DNA from: Candidatus Babeliales bacterium
Lineage (GTDB): Bacteria; Babelota; Babeliae; Babelales; JANWKD01
Direction of reading: 5' to 3'
DNA length: 64,000 bases
NCBI GenBank assembly: GCA_963701665.1
Contig: OY969622.1
Span: 704,001-768,000, forward strand
The position numbers and the translations under genes are program-made. The notes beneath the pieces were generated by a model. It was not told the origin of the DNA. It did not search any database and saw nothing but the letters and a program-made list of their open reading frames with translations. Positions 48,698-57,567 of this stretch are shown here, one piece after another; the first letter of the stretch is position 1, and each line of letters begins with the position of its first letter.

Positions 48698-50305
48698 ATG
48701 ACATCACTTCTCATAACACTCTTTCTCACCTTTATTTTTTCTTGTCTTTCAACGGCAATCTTAAGTTACATCTCAATGGCAGTCATGCTTGGGCCTTGGA
48801 TTGATTCGACCATTGTCCTTGCTTCAAGTATGATTCTTGCGCTTTTTGCACAAAAAATATCGCTTTCTAGCCGACAAAATTCAATCGCATTGATAACTAT
48901 TGGCGGCTCAGTTGGCGGTATTGTGGCCACCGCATGCGGATTTGCATTTCCAACACTCTATTTTTTAGACAAAGAACTTTTTAATTCTTGGCTTTCACAA
49001 CCACTCTATTTTGTTGTGATAATGGGCATTTTGGTTGCATGTGCCGGCGCATTTGGTTTATTACTTGCTAATCTTTTTGAACATCATTTTATAGCCATCG
49101 AACAACTCCCCTTTCCTATCGGTGAACTCTCCTACAAAATGATTTCTGCGCAAGAAAGTAGCAAAAAATCACGCGAACTTTCTTTTGGATTTATAGTGAG
49201 CGCGTTATATAGTATCGCAGTCAAATATATTCCAGGCATTCCAAGAATGATTACTGCATTGCCTGCGTTTCATTATCGCTGGTTCAATCTACCGACACTA
49301 AAAATTTCCCTTCTTGAACTTCCTATGCTCTGGGCAATTGGATTCATCGCAGGGCACACCATCGCAATTCCCCTTGGTATTGGCATTTTGGCAAAGAACC
49401 TCATTTGTGGACCGGCACATCTTGCCTGTTTTACACATCTTCCTTTTGGCGATTTTTTAGTCGCTTTTGCAGGTGGCATGGTGGCATATGGGGCTCTTAT
49501 AAGTTTTTTAACGCTGCCTTCTGCATTTAAAGGTTCCAAAAGAAAACAAAAAACCAATACTGTAACATTAAAACAAATCGCATCGCTCGTATCAATCAAA
49601 GATAGGGTTCAATGGCTCATTTTTCTCATCTGTACAGGAATATTTTTACATTATTTCAACTTTAGCATTATCTCTCAGCTTTATTTGCTTATCACCATAA
49701 TCGCTTGTACCTATCAATTAATTATTATTGGGGGAAAAATGGGAATTGCACCATTTCCGCGGTATGCAACATTTGTTATGATTCCTGGCATAATGCTTTT
49801 TGGCTATGACGCCATACAAATTACATTAGTCTCTACGTTTGTTGAAATTTGCGGAGGCGTTGCTGTTGAAATATTATTTGGTCGTAAAGTTGCCCAGTTA
49901 AGTGAGCTGCCATCACACAAGGTACGATTATTTCAATGGTTAGGATTGGCAATAAGCGCTTTAGCAATTGGCATTTGTTTTTGGATTTTAATTACGAATC
50001 TTGGTCTTGGATCAGCACAGCTCATTGCACAACGCAGTCAAAATCGCGCATTATTAGTTATGGTACAATCATTTGATTTTTTCGCACTTATCTTAGGAGC
50101 ATTATTTGCTTCCATTCTTAAAGAATTGAAAATTAATGCAATCATGGTACTTGGTGGCATTTTAATGCCTACAGAGTTAGCATTACCATTAGTATTTGGC
50201 GGTCTATCAAGCTTGGCGGTTAAGAACAACGAATCCCAGTATCCATTTTGGTCAGGTATTTTTGCCGCCAATTCACTCTGGATGTTCATTAAAATATTGT
50301 TGTAA
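48698..50305 (+). CDS. OPT/YSL-family oligopeptide transporter-like membrane protein
   Basis: Highly hydrophobic; FPTL, E.LPFP.G motifs. Confidence 0.7.
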   Translation: MTSLLITLFLTFIFSCLSTAILSYISMAVMLGPWIDSTIVLASSMILALFAQKISLSSRQNSIALITIGGSVGGIVATACGFAFPTLYFLDKELFNSWLSQPLYFVVIMGILVACAGAFGLLLANLFEHHFIAIEQLPFPIGELSYKMISAQESSKKSRELSFGFIVSALYSIAVKYIPGIPRMITALPAFHYRWFNLPTLKISLLELPMLWAIGFIAGHTIAIPLGIGILAKNLICGPAHLACFTHLPFGDFLVAFAGGMVAYGALISFLTLPSAFKGSKRKQKTNTVTLKQIASLVSIKDRVQWLIFLICTGIFLHYFNFSIISQLYLLITIIACTYQLIIIGGKMGIAPFPRYATFVMIPGIMLFGYDAIQITLVSTFVEICGGVAVEILFGRKVAQLSELPSHKVRLFQWLGLAISALAIGICFWILITNLGLGSAQLIAQRSQNRALLVMVQSFDFFALILGALFASILKELKINAIMVLGGILMPTELALPLVFGGLSSLAVKNNESQYPFWSGIFAANSLWMFIKILL

Positions 50306-50407
50306 TTCTATGATAAGATATATTTTTATTATTCTATTGTTCTCCTTATTGACTAAAAAAATATTATGATTATTACTGTCATTAAAAATTCAAACTTAAG
50401 GAGAAAC

Positions 50408-50920
50408 ATGTACAAAAATACATCACTAATTTTATTATTTTGCCTAACAACATTAAAACTAGGTTGCGCAAATACAGAATTAATTATTAGTAATGCAATG
50501 TCATTCAATATGAACTCTATTGTCGACCGTTACAAAAAAGAATTCCAAGTTACTGATGAAGTTGCAAAAGAACATGAAAGAGAACTTAAACGCTATTTAG
50601 CTTTATGCGCAATATATCCTGAACAAAACTTTCATATGTTTAGCAACAGCGTAGACAATTTATGGCATACTTTTTTAATTTTTACAAAAGATTATAAGAA
50701 TTTCTGTAAAAATGTTGCAGGAAAATTTTTACATCATGTTCCAATCGAAAATAAATCAGAAGAAGATGTTTCTGCTAAAAATAAATTCATAGATAAATAT
50801 TCTTCTACTTTTAATGAAAAACCTTCTACTACTATCTGGTCGACATTAGAAAGTTCCAACGGAGCTGACTGCAATCCGGATTATTGCTCAAATTGTCAAT
50901 CGGGTTGTTTAGTTAGATAA
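50408..50920 (+). CDS. Glycine-rich-domain-like (DUF1399-like) protein with Cys-rich tail
   Basis: E.KRYL.L, VD.LWH.F...TK.Y..FC....G.FLHH.P; tail CNPDYCSNCQSGC. Confidence 0.7.
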   Translation: MYKNTSLILLFCLTTLKLGCANTELIISNAMSFNMNSIVDRYKKEFQVTDEVAKEHERELKRYLALCAIYPEQNFHMFSNSVDNLWHTFLIFTKDYKNFCKNVAGKFLHHVPIENKSEEDVSAKNKFIDKYSSTFNEKPSTTIWSTLESSNGADCNPDYCSNCQSGCLVR

Positions 50921-50938
50921 TACAAAATCTAAAAATGA

Positions 50939-50978
50939 TAAGAAAAAGAGCTGGAAAAATTTCCAGCTCTTTTTCTTA
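50939..50978. terminator. Bidirectional terminator
   Basis: TAAGAAAAAGAGCTGGAA / TTCCAGCTCTTTTTCTTA perfect inverted repeat. Confidence 0.85.
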
Positions 50979-50993
50979 TATATACAATTCTTA

Positions 50994-51548
50994 TTAATTT
51001 TTTTCATATTGACGCGCAACACGGCGAACATTATCAGGAATAATGAGTGAATCAAGAACATGAATAACACCATTGCTCGCAGGAATATCAACCGCAACAA
51101 CTTTTGACTTTGTAACACTCGGTGTTACAAAAAGTGATCCTGAACCATCTATTTGTAGATAGATTGGTGTGTTCAGGGTTTGAATAGCGTTGAGCTCACG
51201 TAAATTAAATGAAGGAATATTTCCTTGAATAAGGTGCATACTCACCAAAAGTTTTACGCGAATTCTATCTTGAGCAATAGAGTCTAAAAAATTAGGTGAA
51301 ACCTTTCTGAACGCATACCATGCCGGCACTAAAACAGTAACTTGACCCATCTCTTGCAACGTCTTGACCATATCAGCTTTTTGAACAAGCTGAAAAAATT
51401 CAGGAAAATCTTTTTCAAGAATAGTTACGATGTTTGGATTACTTTTGCCTAAACGCTCGGCAGGCATAACAAAATCATCAGGAAAAGCGTTGAGCAACGA
51501 GAAACAAAGACATTGTACCAGCAACAATTTTTCAACTGATATTTTCAT
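50994..51548 (-). CDS. Fasciclin (FAS1) domain protein
   Basis: TVLVP...AF, H.I.G, DIPASNGVIHVLDSLIIP. Confidence 0.88.
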   Translation of the reverse strand: MKISVEKLLLVQCLCFSLLNAFPDDFVMPAERLGKSNPNIVTILEKDFPEFFQLVQKADMVKTLQEMGQVTVLVPAWYAFRKVSPNFLDSIAQDRIRVKLLVSMHLIQGNIPSFNLRELNAIQTLNTPIYLQIDGSGSLFVTPSVTKSKVVAVDIPASNGVIHVLDSLIIPDNVRRVARQYEKN

Positions 51549-51628
51549 GACTCCCCTATTTGAAATAGCAATGTTCATTATTATTGATGATACATAACAT
51601 CAACTCAAATAGGCAATATTTTGATATT

Positions 51629-52537
51629 TTAGGCCTTTTCTGCCGTTATCATATATCCTTGTTTTAATTCTTCATGGTAAAAAATATATAATCCAATACA
51701 GACAACAATGAGTGACATAAAAAAGCTTATACTCACGCGCTCGCCTAAAAATAACCATCCAAATAATGCCGCAAAAAATGGTGTCGTAAATCCCGCAAAT
51801 GCAAGGAATGTCGCGGTATAACGCTTGAGTAAATAGCCATAAAAATTATAAAAAACAATATTAGCAAGAAGAATAATAAGCGCTGTTAGCCGAACAAACG
51901 GCCAAAAATCAGTCACCGGAGAAACCGTCCACCCTTCAATGCAGTAGGAAGTAAGAAGTGCTAATATACCGCCACCAACCATACCAATACCATTCACCAT
52001 GATTGGCGAATATTCCCCATCTTTTACTAATTTACGCATAGTCACCCAACCATATACCGCTGATCCCACAGCAAAAAGCATAATAAATTCTGGTAACATA
52101 GTCGCTGAAGAAAAAGAAGTCATATCTATATTGGCAATAATCTCAGGCGCAAAACCACAAAAGCCAATACCAAGCCCCAACCATTTTTTTAGCGTCATTT
52201 TTTCAGAAAAACAGAAATATGAAAATAAAGCTGCTAAAAATGGAGAGAAATTGTAAAGAAAGGATGATTTAAAAGAAGTTAGATATTGTAATGACCATAA
52301 ATCTAAGATATACGCGAAATAGACGTGAAAAAGAATAATCTGGAAAAACAATAAACGATCTTTCTTATGTATAAAAAACGTACGTTTATCTTGAAAATAC
52401 GAGTAACCGAGCAAAAGCATGCCCGCAACAAGCATGCGTACGCCAACCAAAAAAAGCGGTTTCACATATGCCAACAAGGCTTTACAAATGGTGAAAGTAC
52501 TAGCACACACAGCATACAATGCAATAATAGAAAACAT
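51629..52537 (-). CDS. DMT/EamA family transporter
   Basis: ~10 TM; shares WSLQY.S, EKMT.KK, LFGW.FLGE, YHEE with 34301 paralog. Confidence 0.85.
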   Translation of the reverse strand: MFSIIALYAVCASTFTICKALLAYVKPLFLVGVRMLVAGMLLLGYSYFQDKRTFFIHKKDRLLFFQIILFHVYFAYILDLWSLQYLTSFKSSFLYNFSPFLAALFSYFCFSEKMTLKKWLGLGIGFCGFAPEIIANIDMTSFSSATMLPEFIMLFAVGSAVYGWVTMRKLVKDGEYSPIMVNGIGMVGGGILALLTSYCIEGWTVSPVTDFWPFVRLTALIILLANIVFYNFYGYLLKRYTATFLAFAGFTTPFFAALFGWLFLGERVSISFFMSLIVVCIGLYIFYHEELKQGYMITAEKA

Positions 52538-52756
52538 AGAAGACCCTTTTTCTTAAAAGTCATTTGAACTTGAGGCAAGATAAAGTTATCGTGCCCCATA
52601 AATAATTTAATCAATCGCCCTTAGATTGCAAATGCATAGGCTCAAACATCAGCACTAATCCGCGCTGATCAGCCCTCCAACTTTTTTATCAATTTCTTCA
52701 AGATCATAAAACTGTAAAAATTTTTTAATATCCATAATATCCTTTAAAAAAGCCTA

Positions 52757-53527
52757 TTAAACAGTAACAACAATCTCTTGCCCAGGGAATGCTTGCAAAT
52801 AATCTCTCGCGCAACCTTGGTTAACCGCAATTTCAAGCGTTTCATTGCTCCCTTTATAGCACAGCAATTTTCCTGGCTGCACATTATCAAATGTAGTCAC
52901 AAAAAGCGCCTCAAAAGATTTTTCCTCTATCTTGAGGCATATCACTTTATTAAACCATGCAGCATCAGCTGGTATATTAGTTTTAATATTCCCAAAACTA
53001 TCGATATAGGTAATAATTTTTTGTGTTTCGAGAATATCACAATATTTAATATCTTTTTTATCAATCGGCAAAAGAGCATCACAATTGCCTTGAGCCAACC
53101 GAATTGCAATTGGTGCAAAAATATCTCTGCCATGGAATGTATTAGATTTTTCTGGGAAACAGAATTCGTTAATTTTAAAAACCGTTACACCCTCTTGCTT
53201 CAAAATATAATGAAACAAGCCATTATTGGGCCCAATAAAAGTATACGAGCCAAGTTTTACCACCAAACCACTCCGTTCAGTACCAACTCCTGGATCAACA
53301 ACCGCAATAATATAACTATTTTCTGGAAAATAGGCGTATATCTTTTCAAGCACAAATGCACCACTCACAACAGAAAACTTTTCTATAGAATGATCAATAT
53401 CGATAACTGAACTGTCAGGAATCGCACGCAATAAGGTTGCTTTTATTGTAGCAACGGCAAAGTCAAACCCAAAATCAGTCAATAGGCCAAAAGTAATATT
53501 CGTATTTTTTGAAGATAATAAATTCAT
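52757..53527 (-). CDS. SAM hydroxide adenosyltransferase / chlorinase-fluorinase family (DUF62)
   Basis: LLTDFG, VVDPGVGTER, GPNNG, SNTFHGRDIFAP, YIDSFGNIKTNI, LEIAVNQG. Confidence 0.92.
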   Translation of the reverse strand: MNLLSSKNTNITFGLLTDFGFDFAVATIKATLLRAIPDSSVIDIDHSIEKFSVVSGAFVLEKIYAYFPENSYIIAVVDPGVGTERSGLVVKLGSYTFIGPNNGLFHYILKQEGVTVFKINEFCFPEKSNTFHGRDIFAPIAIRLAQGNCDALLPIDKKDIKYCDILETQKIITYIDSFGNIKTNIPADAAWFNKVICLKIEEKSFEALFVTTFDNVQPGKLLCYKGSNETLEIAVNQGCARDYLQAFPGQEIVVTV

Positions 53528-53628
53528 AATCAAACCTCTCTCATTAAAATAAATGAAATAAAAGCATAACAAAAGCACATACCCTAAAAAGGGTTTAGCT
53601 TATAAAAAAAATAAGGGTAAAAAGAAAG

Positions 53629-53652
53629 ATATATGGCCTTAGGCCATCATAT
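53629..53652 (-). terminator. Attenuator-like hairpin with leader stop codon as loop
   Basis: ATATgATGGCC-TAA-GGCCATATAT then CTTTCTTTTT on minus strand. Confidence 0.55.
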
Positions 53653-53737
53653 AAAGAAGAGAGTATGACATAGCCATAAATGCCAAAAACAAAATTTTGC
53701 TTGTCTGAAGAGAACAGAAAATAATGTTAGGATTCAT
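53639..53737 (-). CDS. Putative Met-sensing leader peptide (MNPNIIFCSLQTSKILFLAFMAMSYSLLYMMA)
   Basis: GAGG SD; 4 internal Met codons in last 12; upstream TTGACA-17-TAAACT promoter. Confidence 0.6.
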   Translation of the reverse strand: MNPNIIFCSLQTSKILFLAFMAMSYSLLYMMA

Positions 53738-53777
53738 AGATACCTCACATGAATTGAATTGTTACTATTATATTTTA

Positions 53778-53806
53778 AGTTTAAGAATCAAATTCTAATT
53801 TGTCAA
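53778..53806 (-). promoter_or_regulatory. Sigma70-like promoter for Met leader/DUF62
   Basis: TTGACA-17-TAAACT on minus strand. Confidence 0.6.
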
Positions 53807-53910
53807 TTTTTTCCAAAAATAGCCTCCAAAGATGACCTTCCAATTATCACTAAAACGGGTTAGACTACGGGTAAAAAAAAATAGTTAATGTGTAAAAAAG
53901 AGAACTTAGT

Positions 53911-55455
53911 ATGAAGCATGTAAACACCCTCCTTTACCTAGCGTTGTTAGCATCATCAACATTTTTTTCTCATCTTCATGCAGGAGATTTATTTTTTGAC
54001 CATCATGAAACGTTTGGAAAGACATTCTATAATCCACGTTCTCCTGGTCTTAATAAAGCTCAAGAGTCTTCCGGCGTTGCACGTTTTATAGGGCCTTCAG
54101 AGGATTGCACAGTCGAAGGCTTTTTCGATATCACATCAGAATTCGGTATAAGTTTCAATAAAAATGCTGTAGGCCAATTTATTTTTTTTAATGGCTCTAG
54201 CACCATGAAAACCGGTACAGCCGGAGGGCCAGGTGTCGATATTTTTGGTCCAAATTTTTTATTAAATGATAATTTTACCGATGCCATCACAGCACGTCCG
54301 CAAGTTAAAACTGAAGTAATAGATTTTGGTTTTTATTGTTCTTTAGATCCCTTTATAGATGGTCTTTATGTTATAGCTAATGCAGCAGTTTGTTGGGCAT
54401 TTTGGGATGTAGATTTAATTGAATCACCAAGCTTCGTAGGAACCACCATTCAAGCTTTTGAATTAGGCAATCCGGTAGCAGAACCCGCACCATTCGATAA
54501 TTTAATTGATGCTTGGAATGGCCAAGCAACCTTCTTTGATGTTACACAACCATTGCAATATGCTCGCATTAATGGAACGCAAAAAAAATTCAGCGGCAGT
54601 GATATAGAGCTAGGTGTCGGTTATTTCTTCATTAGAGATGAATGCGCATACCTTAGCTTTAATGGACGTGTAATAATTCCAACGAGCAATAGACCGCAAG
54701 GAGTCTTCCTTTTTGAGCCCTGTACGGGAAATTTTCATCATGTTGAAGTAGGTTTTGGCATCTTAGGTGCAAAAGATTTGTGGTATTGTGAAAATAAACT
54801 GTTGCAAGGTTTTGTGAATGCAAACTTATATCATGCGTGCAGGAGCCGCCAAAGAAGATCATTTGATTTAATAAACAACGGCCCTGGCAGTCGATATTTA
54901 CTCTTCAAAACCTTTGATAGCACAGGCCACTATGCAGGAGAAATGGTACGTGGTCCAAATATTTTAACGTTGGATGTTGATGCACGAAACATGGTACACG
55001 GAGATGCCGTCTTTATGCTTGATTACAATCAAGGCGGATTCAATTGGAACATTGGCTATAATATTTGGGGCAGAACTAAAGATCAGCTTACATTGAAACA
55101 AACTATTCCCGGTAGTACCTATGGCATTGCGGGAGTTACCGGAACTAATCCTGCAGGAGATCGTGACAGGACTGCAAGCCAAACTACTATTAGCGGAGAA
55201 AACGCTGATTTGATCGATGGAGGCGCCACGGGCTCCTTCCTCAATAACGTATATCTAACTACCGAGGATATCGCTATAGGGTCAGCCGCCCACCCGGGCT
55301 GCTTTAGCCATGGCATTTTTACCTATATTGGCTATGTATGGGACTGCCAAACAGCCCCTTTTATAGGTTTGGGCTCTGAAGTCGAGTTTTCAGGGTCAAG
55401 AAACGATGCTTTGAGGGTCTGGCACGTTTGGGGTAAAGTAGGCTTAAATTTCTAA
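53911..55455 (+). CDS. Probable outer-membrane beta-barrel protein
   Basis: Signal peptide LHA, Gly/aromatic-rich alternating strands, C-terminal GKVGLNF, 9 Cys. Confidence 0.65.
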   Translation: MKHVNTLLYLALLASSTFFSHLHAGDLFFDHHETFGKTFYNPRSPGLNKAQESSGVARFIGPSEDCTVEGFFDITSEFGISFNKNAVGQFIFFNGSSTMKTGTAGGPGVDIFGPNFLLNDNFTDAITARPQVKTEVIDFGFYCSLDPFIDGLYVIANAAVCWAFWDVDLIESPSFVGTTIQAFELGNPVAEPAPFDNLIDAWNGQATFFDVTQPLQYARINGTQKKFSGSDIELGVGYFFIRDECAYLSFNGRVIIPTSNRPQGVFLFEPCTGNFHHVEVGFGILGAKDLWYCENKLLQGFVNANLYHACRSRQRRSFDLINNGPGSRYLLFKTFDSTGHYAGEMVRGPNILTLDVDARNMVHGDAVFMLDYNQGGFNWNIGYNIWGRTKDQLTLKQTIPGSTYGIAGVTGTNPAGDRDRTASQTTISGENADLIDGGATGSFLNNVYLTTEDIAIGSAAHPGCFSHGIFTYIGYVWDCQTAPFIGLGSEVEFSGSRNDALRVWHVWGKVGLNF

Positions 55456-55641
55456 AAACCTTCAAATTTGACCCTTTTTTGGCTGTTTTTGACCTTAATC
55501 GTTGACTAGTAGAATATTTTAATAAAAAATTATTGATTTTTCAATTCTCCCTGTGCGATACTATTACTAAGTCCTATTACAAGCGTACGGTGTAAGCGGA
55601 CATATGAAGTAATATATAAACCTTATTTAAAGGAGAATCTA

Positions 55642-55917
55642 ATGAAAAAGCTTTTATTAGTTACCTTAATCGCCCTCGGTATGGGCTTAGTAGTTGCTGA
55701 TGCATCTGCTCGTTATAACAACTGTAATACATGCGCAAAACCTTGCAGAACATCTTGCCATGACGCGTGTGAAGTTATTGAAGAACCTTGTGGTTTACCA
55801 CCTTGCTGTTTAACAGCTGTCGAAGTACCTGCTAAAAAAGTTAAACATATTAGTTATTCATGGTACTGTCCAAAAGGTTGCAGAACAACTGGTATGGATA
55901 GCAGCTTCGTAGAGTAA
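55642..55917 (+). CDS. Small exported cysteine-rich protein
   Basis: AAGGAG SD, signal peptide ASA, 10 Cys, own terminator. Confidence 0.8.
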   Translation: MKKLLLVTLIALGMGLVVADASARYNNCNTCAKPCRTSCHDACEVIEEPCGLPPCCLTAVEVPAKKVKHISYSWYCPKGCRTTGMDSSFVE

Positions 55918-55945
55918 TTTGCATTAACAAGTCTAGTATCTTAAT

Positions 55946-55987
55946 AAGAAAATAACGCTGATGTATTTCAGCGTTATTTTCTTTTTT
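55946..55987 (+). terminator. Intrinsic terminator
   Basis: AAGAAAATAACGCTGA / TCAGCGTTATTTTCTT plus T-run. Confidence 0.85.
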
Positions 55988-56103
55988 ATCCCCATTTTTC
56001 AACTACTTAATCCTCTATACCTTTGCTATAAGAGCTACTATACTGAGTAACAAAAAGAATAACGAAAATAGATGTACCTAGATCCTCGAAAAAAACAGCT
56101 TTT

Positions 56104-57441
56104 ATGGCAAACAACTCGGTATTTAAACCACATTCCTGGCACTCAGTTTCTTCTCAAAAAAGCCTAGAAGAAGTATATAAATCTATACCAATTCAGGACA
56201 AAACCTCTTTTTTTAAAAAATTACTTTCATTCACCGGCCCAGGTTACTTAGTTGCCGTTGGCTATATGGATCCAGGCAATTGGGCAACTGATATCGCTGG
56301 AGGATCCAAATTCTCCTATTCATTATTATCAGTTATTTTAATCTCTAACTGCATGGCCGTAATCTTACAATATTTAGCCCTTAAATTAGGTATTGTAACA
56401 GGTAGAGACCTTGCACAAGCATGTCGGGATCACTATTCTCAAGCAACATCATTTTGTTTGTGGATCCTTGCTGAAATAGCTATTATTGCCTGTGATTTAG
56501 CTGAAATTATTGGATCTGCTCTTGCCCTTAACCTTCTCTTTTCAATACCCCTGCTATGGGGCGTTATCATAACTGCATTTGATGTATTTTTATTACTGCT
56601 GTTGCAACACCGAAGCTTCCGCTATCTTGAAAGCATTGTTATCATCCTTATTGTTACTATTTTAAGCTGTTTTGCTATTAATATATTTTTATCGTCCCCA
56701 AACCTCACGGACCTCTTAAAAGGCTTTATTCCAACAAAAGAGTTAATAACTAACCCTGAAATGCTCTATATTGCCGTCGGCATCCTTGGAGCAACCGTTA
56801 TGCCTCATAATTTATACCTGCACTCGTCGGTGGTCCAAACGCGCGGATATGCAGAAACGGATAGTGCCAAAAAAGAGGCTATTTTTTTTAGTACCCTCGA
56901 CTCAACTATAGCGCTCTCGTTAGCCTTCCTGGTTAACGCGGGTATCCTTATAGTGGCAGCAGCCGTTTTCTATACGCGCGGATTATATGAAATCGCAGAA
57001 ATCCAGGACGCCTATCAGTTATTAACCCCCCTTCTAGGCTCCCAAATGGCCAGTATCGTCTTTGCCTGTGCCCTGCTTGCCGCAGGCCAAAATGCCACCA
57101 TTACCGGCACCCTAGCCGGCCAAATCATTATGGAAGGCTTTACATCCTTTTCCCTTGCTCCCTGGGTACGTCGCTTTTTAAGCCGATCTTTAGCCATTGT
57201 TCCTGCCATTTTTGTAGTTTGGCATTATGGCCAAAATGGCCTTTCCCATCTACTTCTATTGAGCCAGGTTATTTTGAGCCTTCAACTCCCCTTTGCCGTA
57301 TTCCCTCTGGTACAATTTACCTGCCATCAGGGAAAAATGGGCATTTTTGCAAATTCCTTTTACCTTAAAATTACCGGCTATTTCTTGGGTTTCTTTATTG
57401 TCCTATTAAATAGCTGGCTTTTGATAAAAATACTATTTTAA
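56104..57441 (+). CDS. mntH: Nramp divalent metal (Mn2+) transporter
   Basis: GYMDPGNWATD, GATVMPHNLYLHS, GTLAGQ..MEGF, SQV.LS.QLPFA. Confidence 0.95.
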   Translation: MANNSVFKPHSWHSVSSQKSLEEVYKSIPIQDKTSFFKKLLSFTGPGYLVAVGYMDPGNWATDIAGGSKFSYSLLSVILISNCMAVILQYLALKLGIVTGRDLAQACRDHYSQATSFCLWILAEIAIIACDLAEIIGSALALNLLFSIPLLWGVIITAFDVFLLLLLQHRSFRYLESIVIILIVTILSCFAINIFLSSPNLTDLLKGFIPTKELITNPEMLYIAVGILGATVMPHNLYLHSSVVQTRGYAETDSAKKEAIFFSTLDSTIALSLAFLVNAGILIVAAAVFYTRGLYEIAEIQDAYQLLTPLLGSQMASIVFACALLAAGQNATITGTLAGQIIMEGFTSFSLAPWVRRFLSRSLAIVPAIFVVWHYGQNGLSHLLLLSQVILSLQLPFAVFPLVQFTCHQGKMGIFANSFYLKITGYFLGFFIVLLNSWLLIKILF

Positions 57442-57567
57442 GGTGTTTTCCCCCCCTTCTCCCCCTGCTTAATGGCAGGATTTATTGATTAAATATATGA
57501 TTTTTGACAAATTGTAATATTTATATAAACTGAGATATATGAAGATAAATTTAAAGGGAGAAAAATA

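Noticed and set aside
52778..53410. 210-aa plus-strand ORF antisense to DUF62, and similar antisense ORFs in dnaK, rny and dnaB
   Set aside because: Antisense shadows of well-conserved genes, without SD or motifs
56069..56080. DtxR/MntR-like box TAGATGTACCTA before mntH
   Set aside because: Only 4 of 6 palindromic pairs; too weak without comparative data; no yybP-ykoY riboswitch seen
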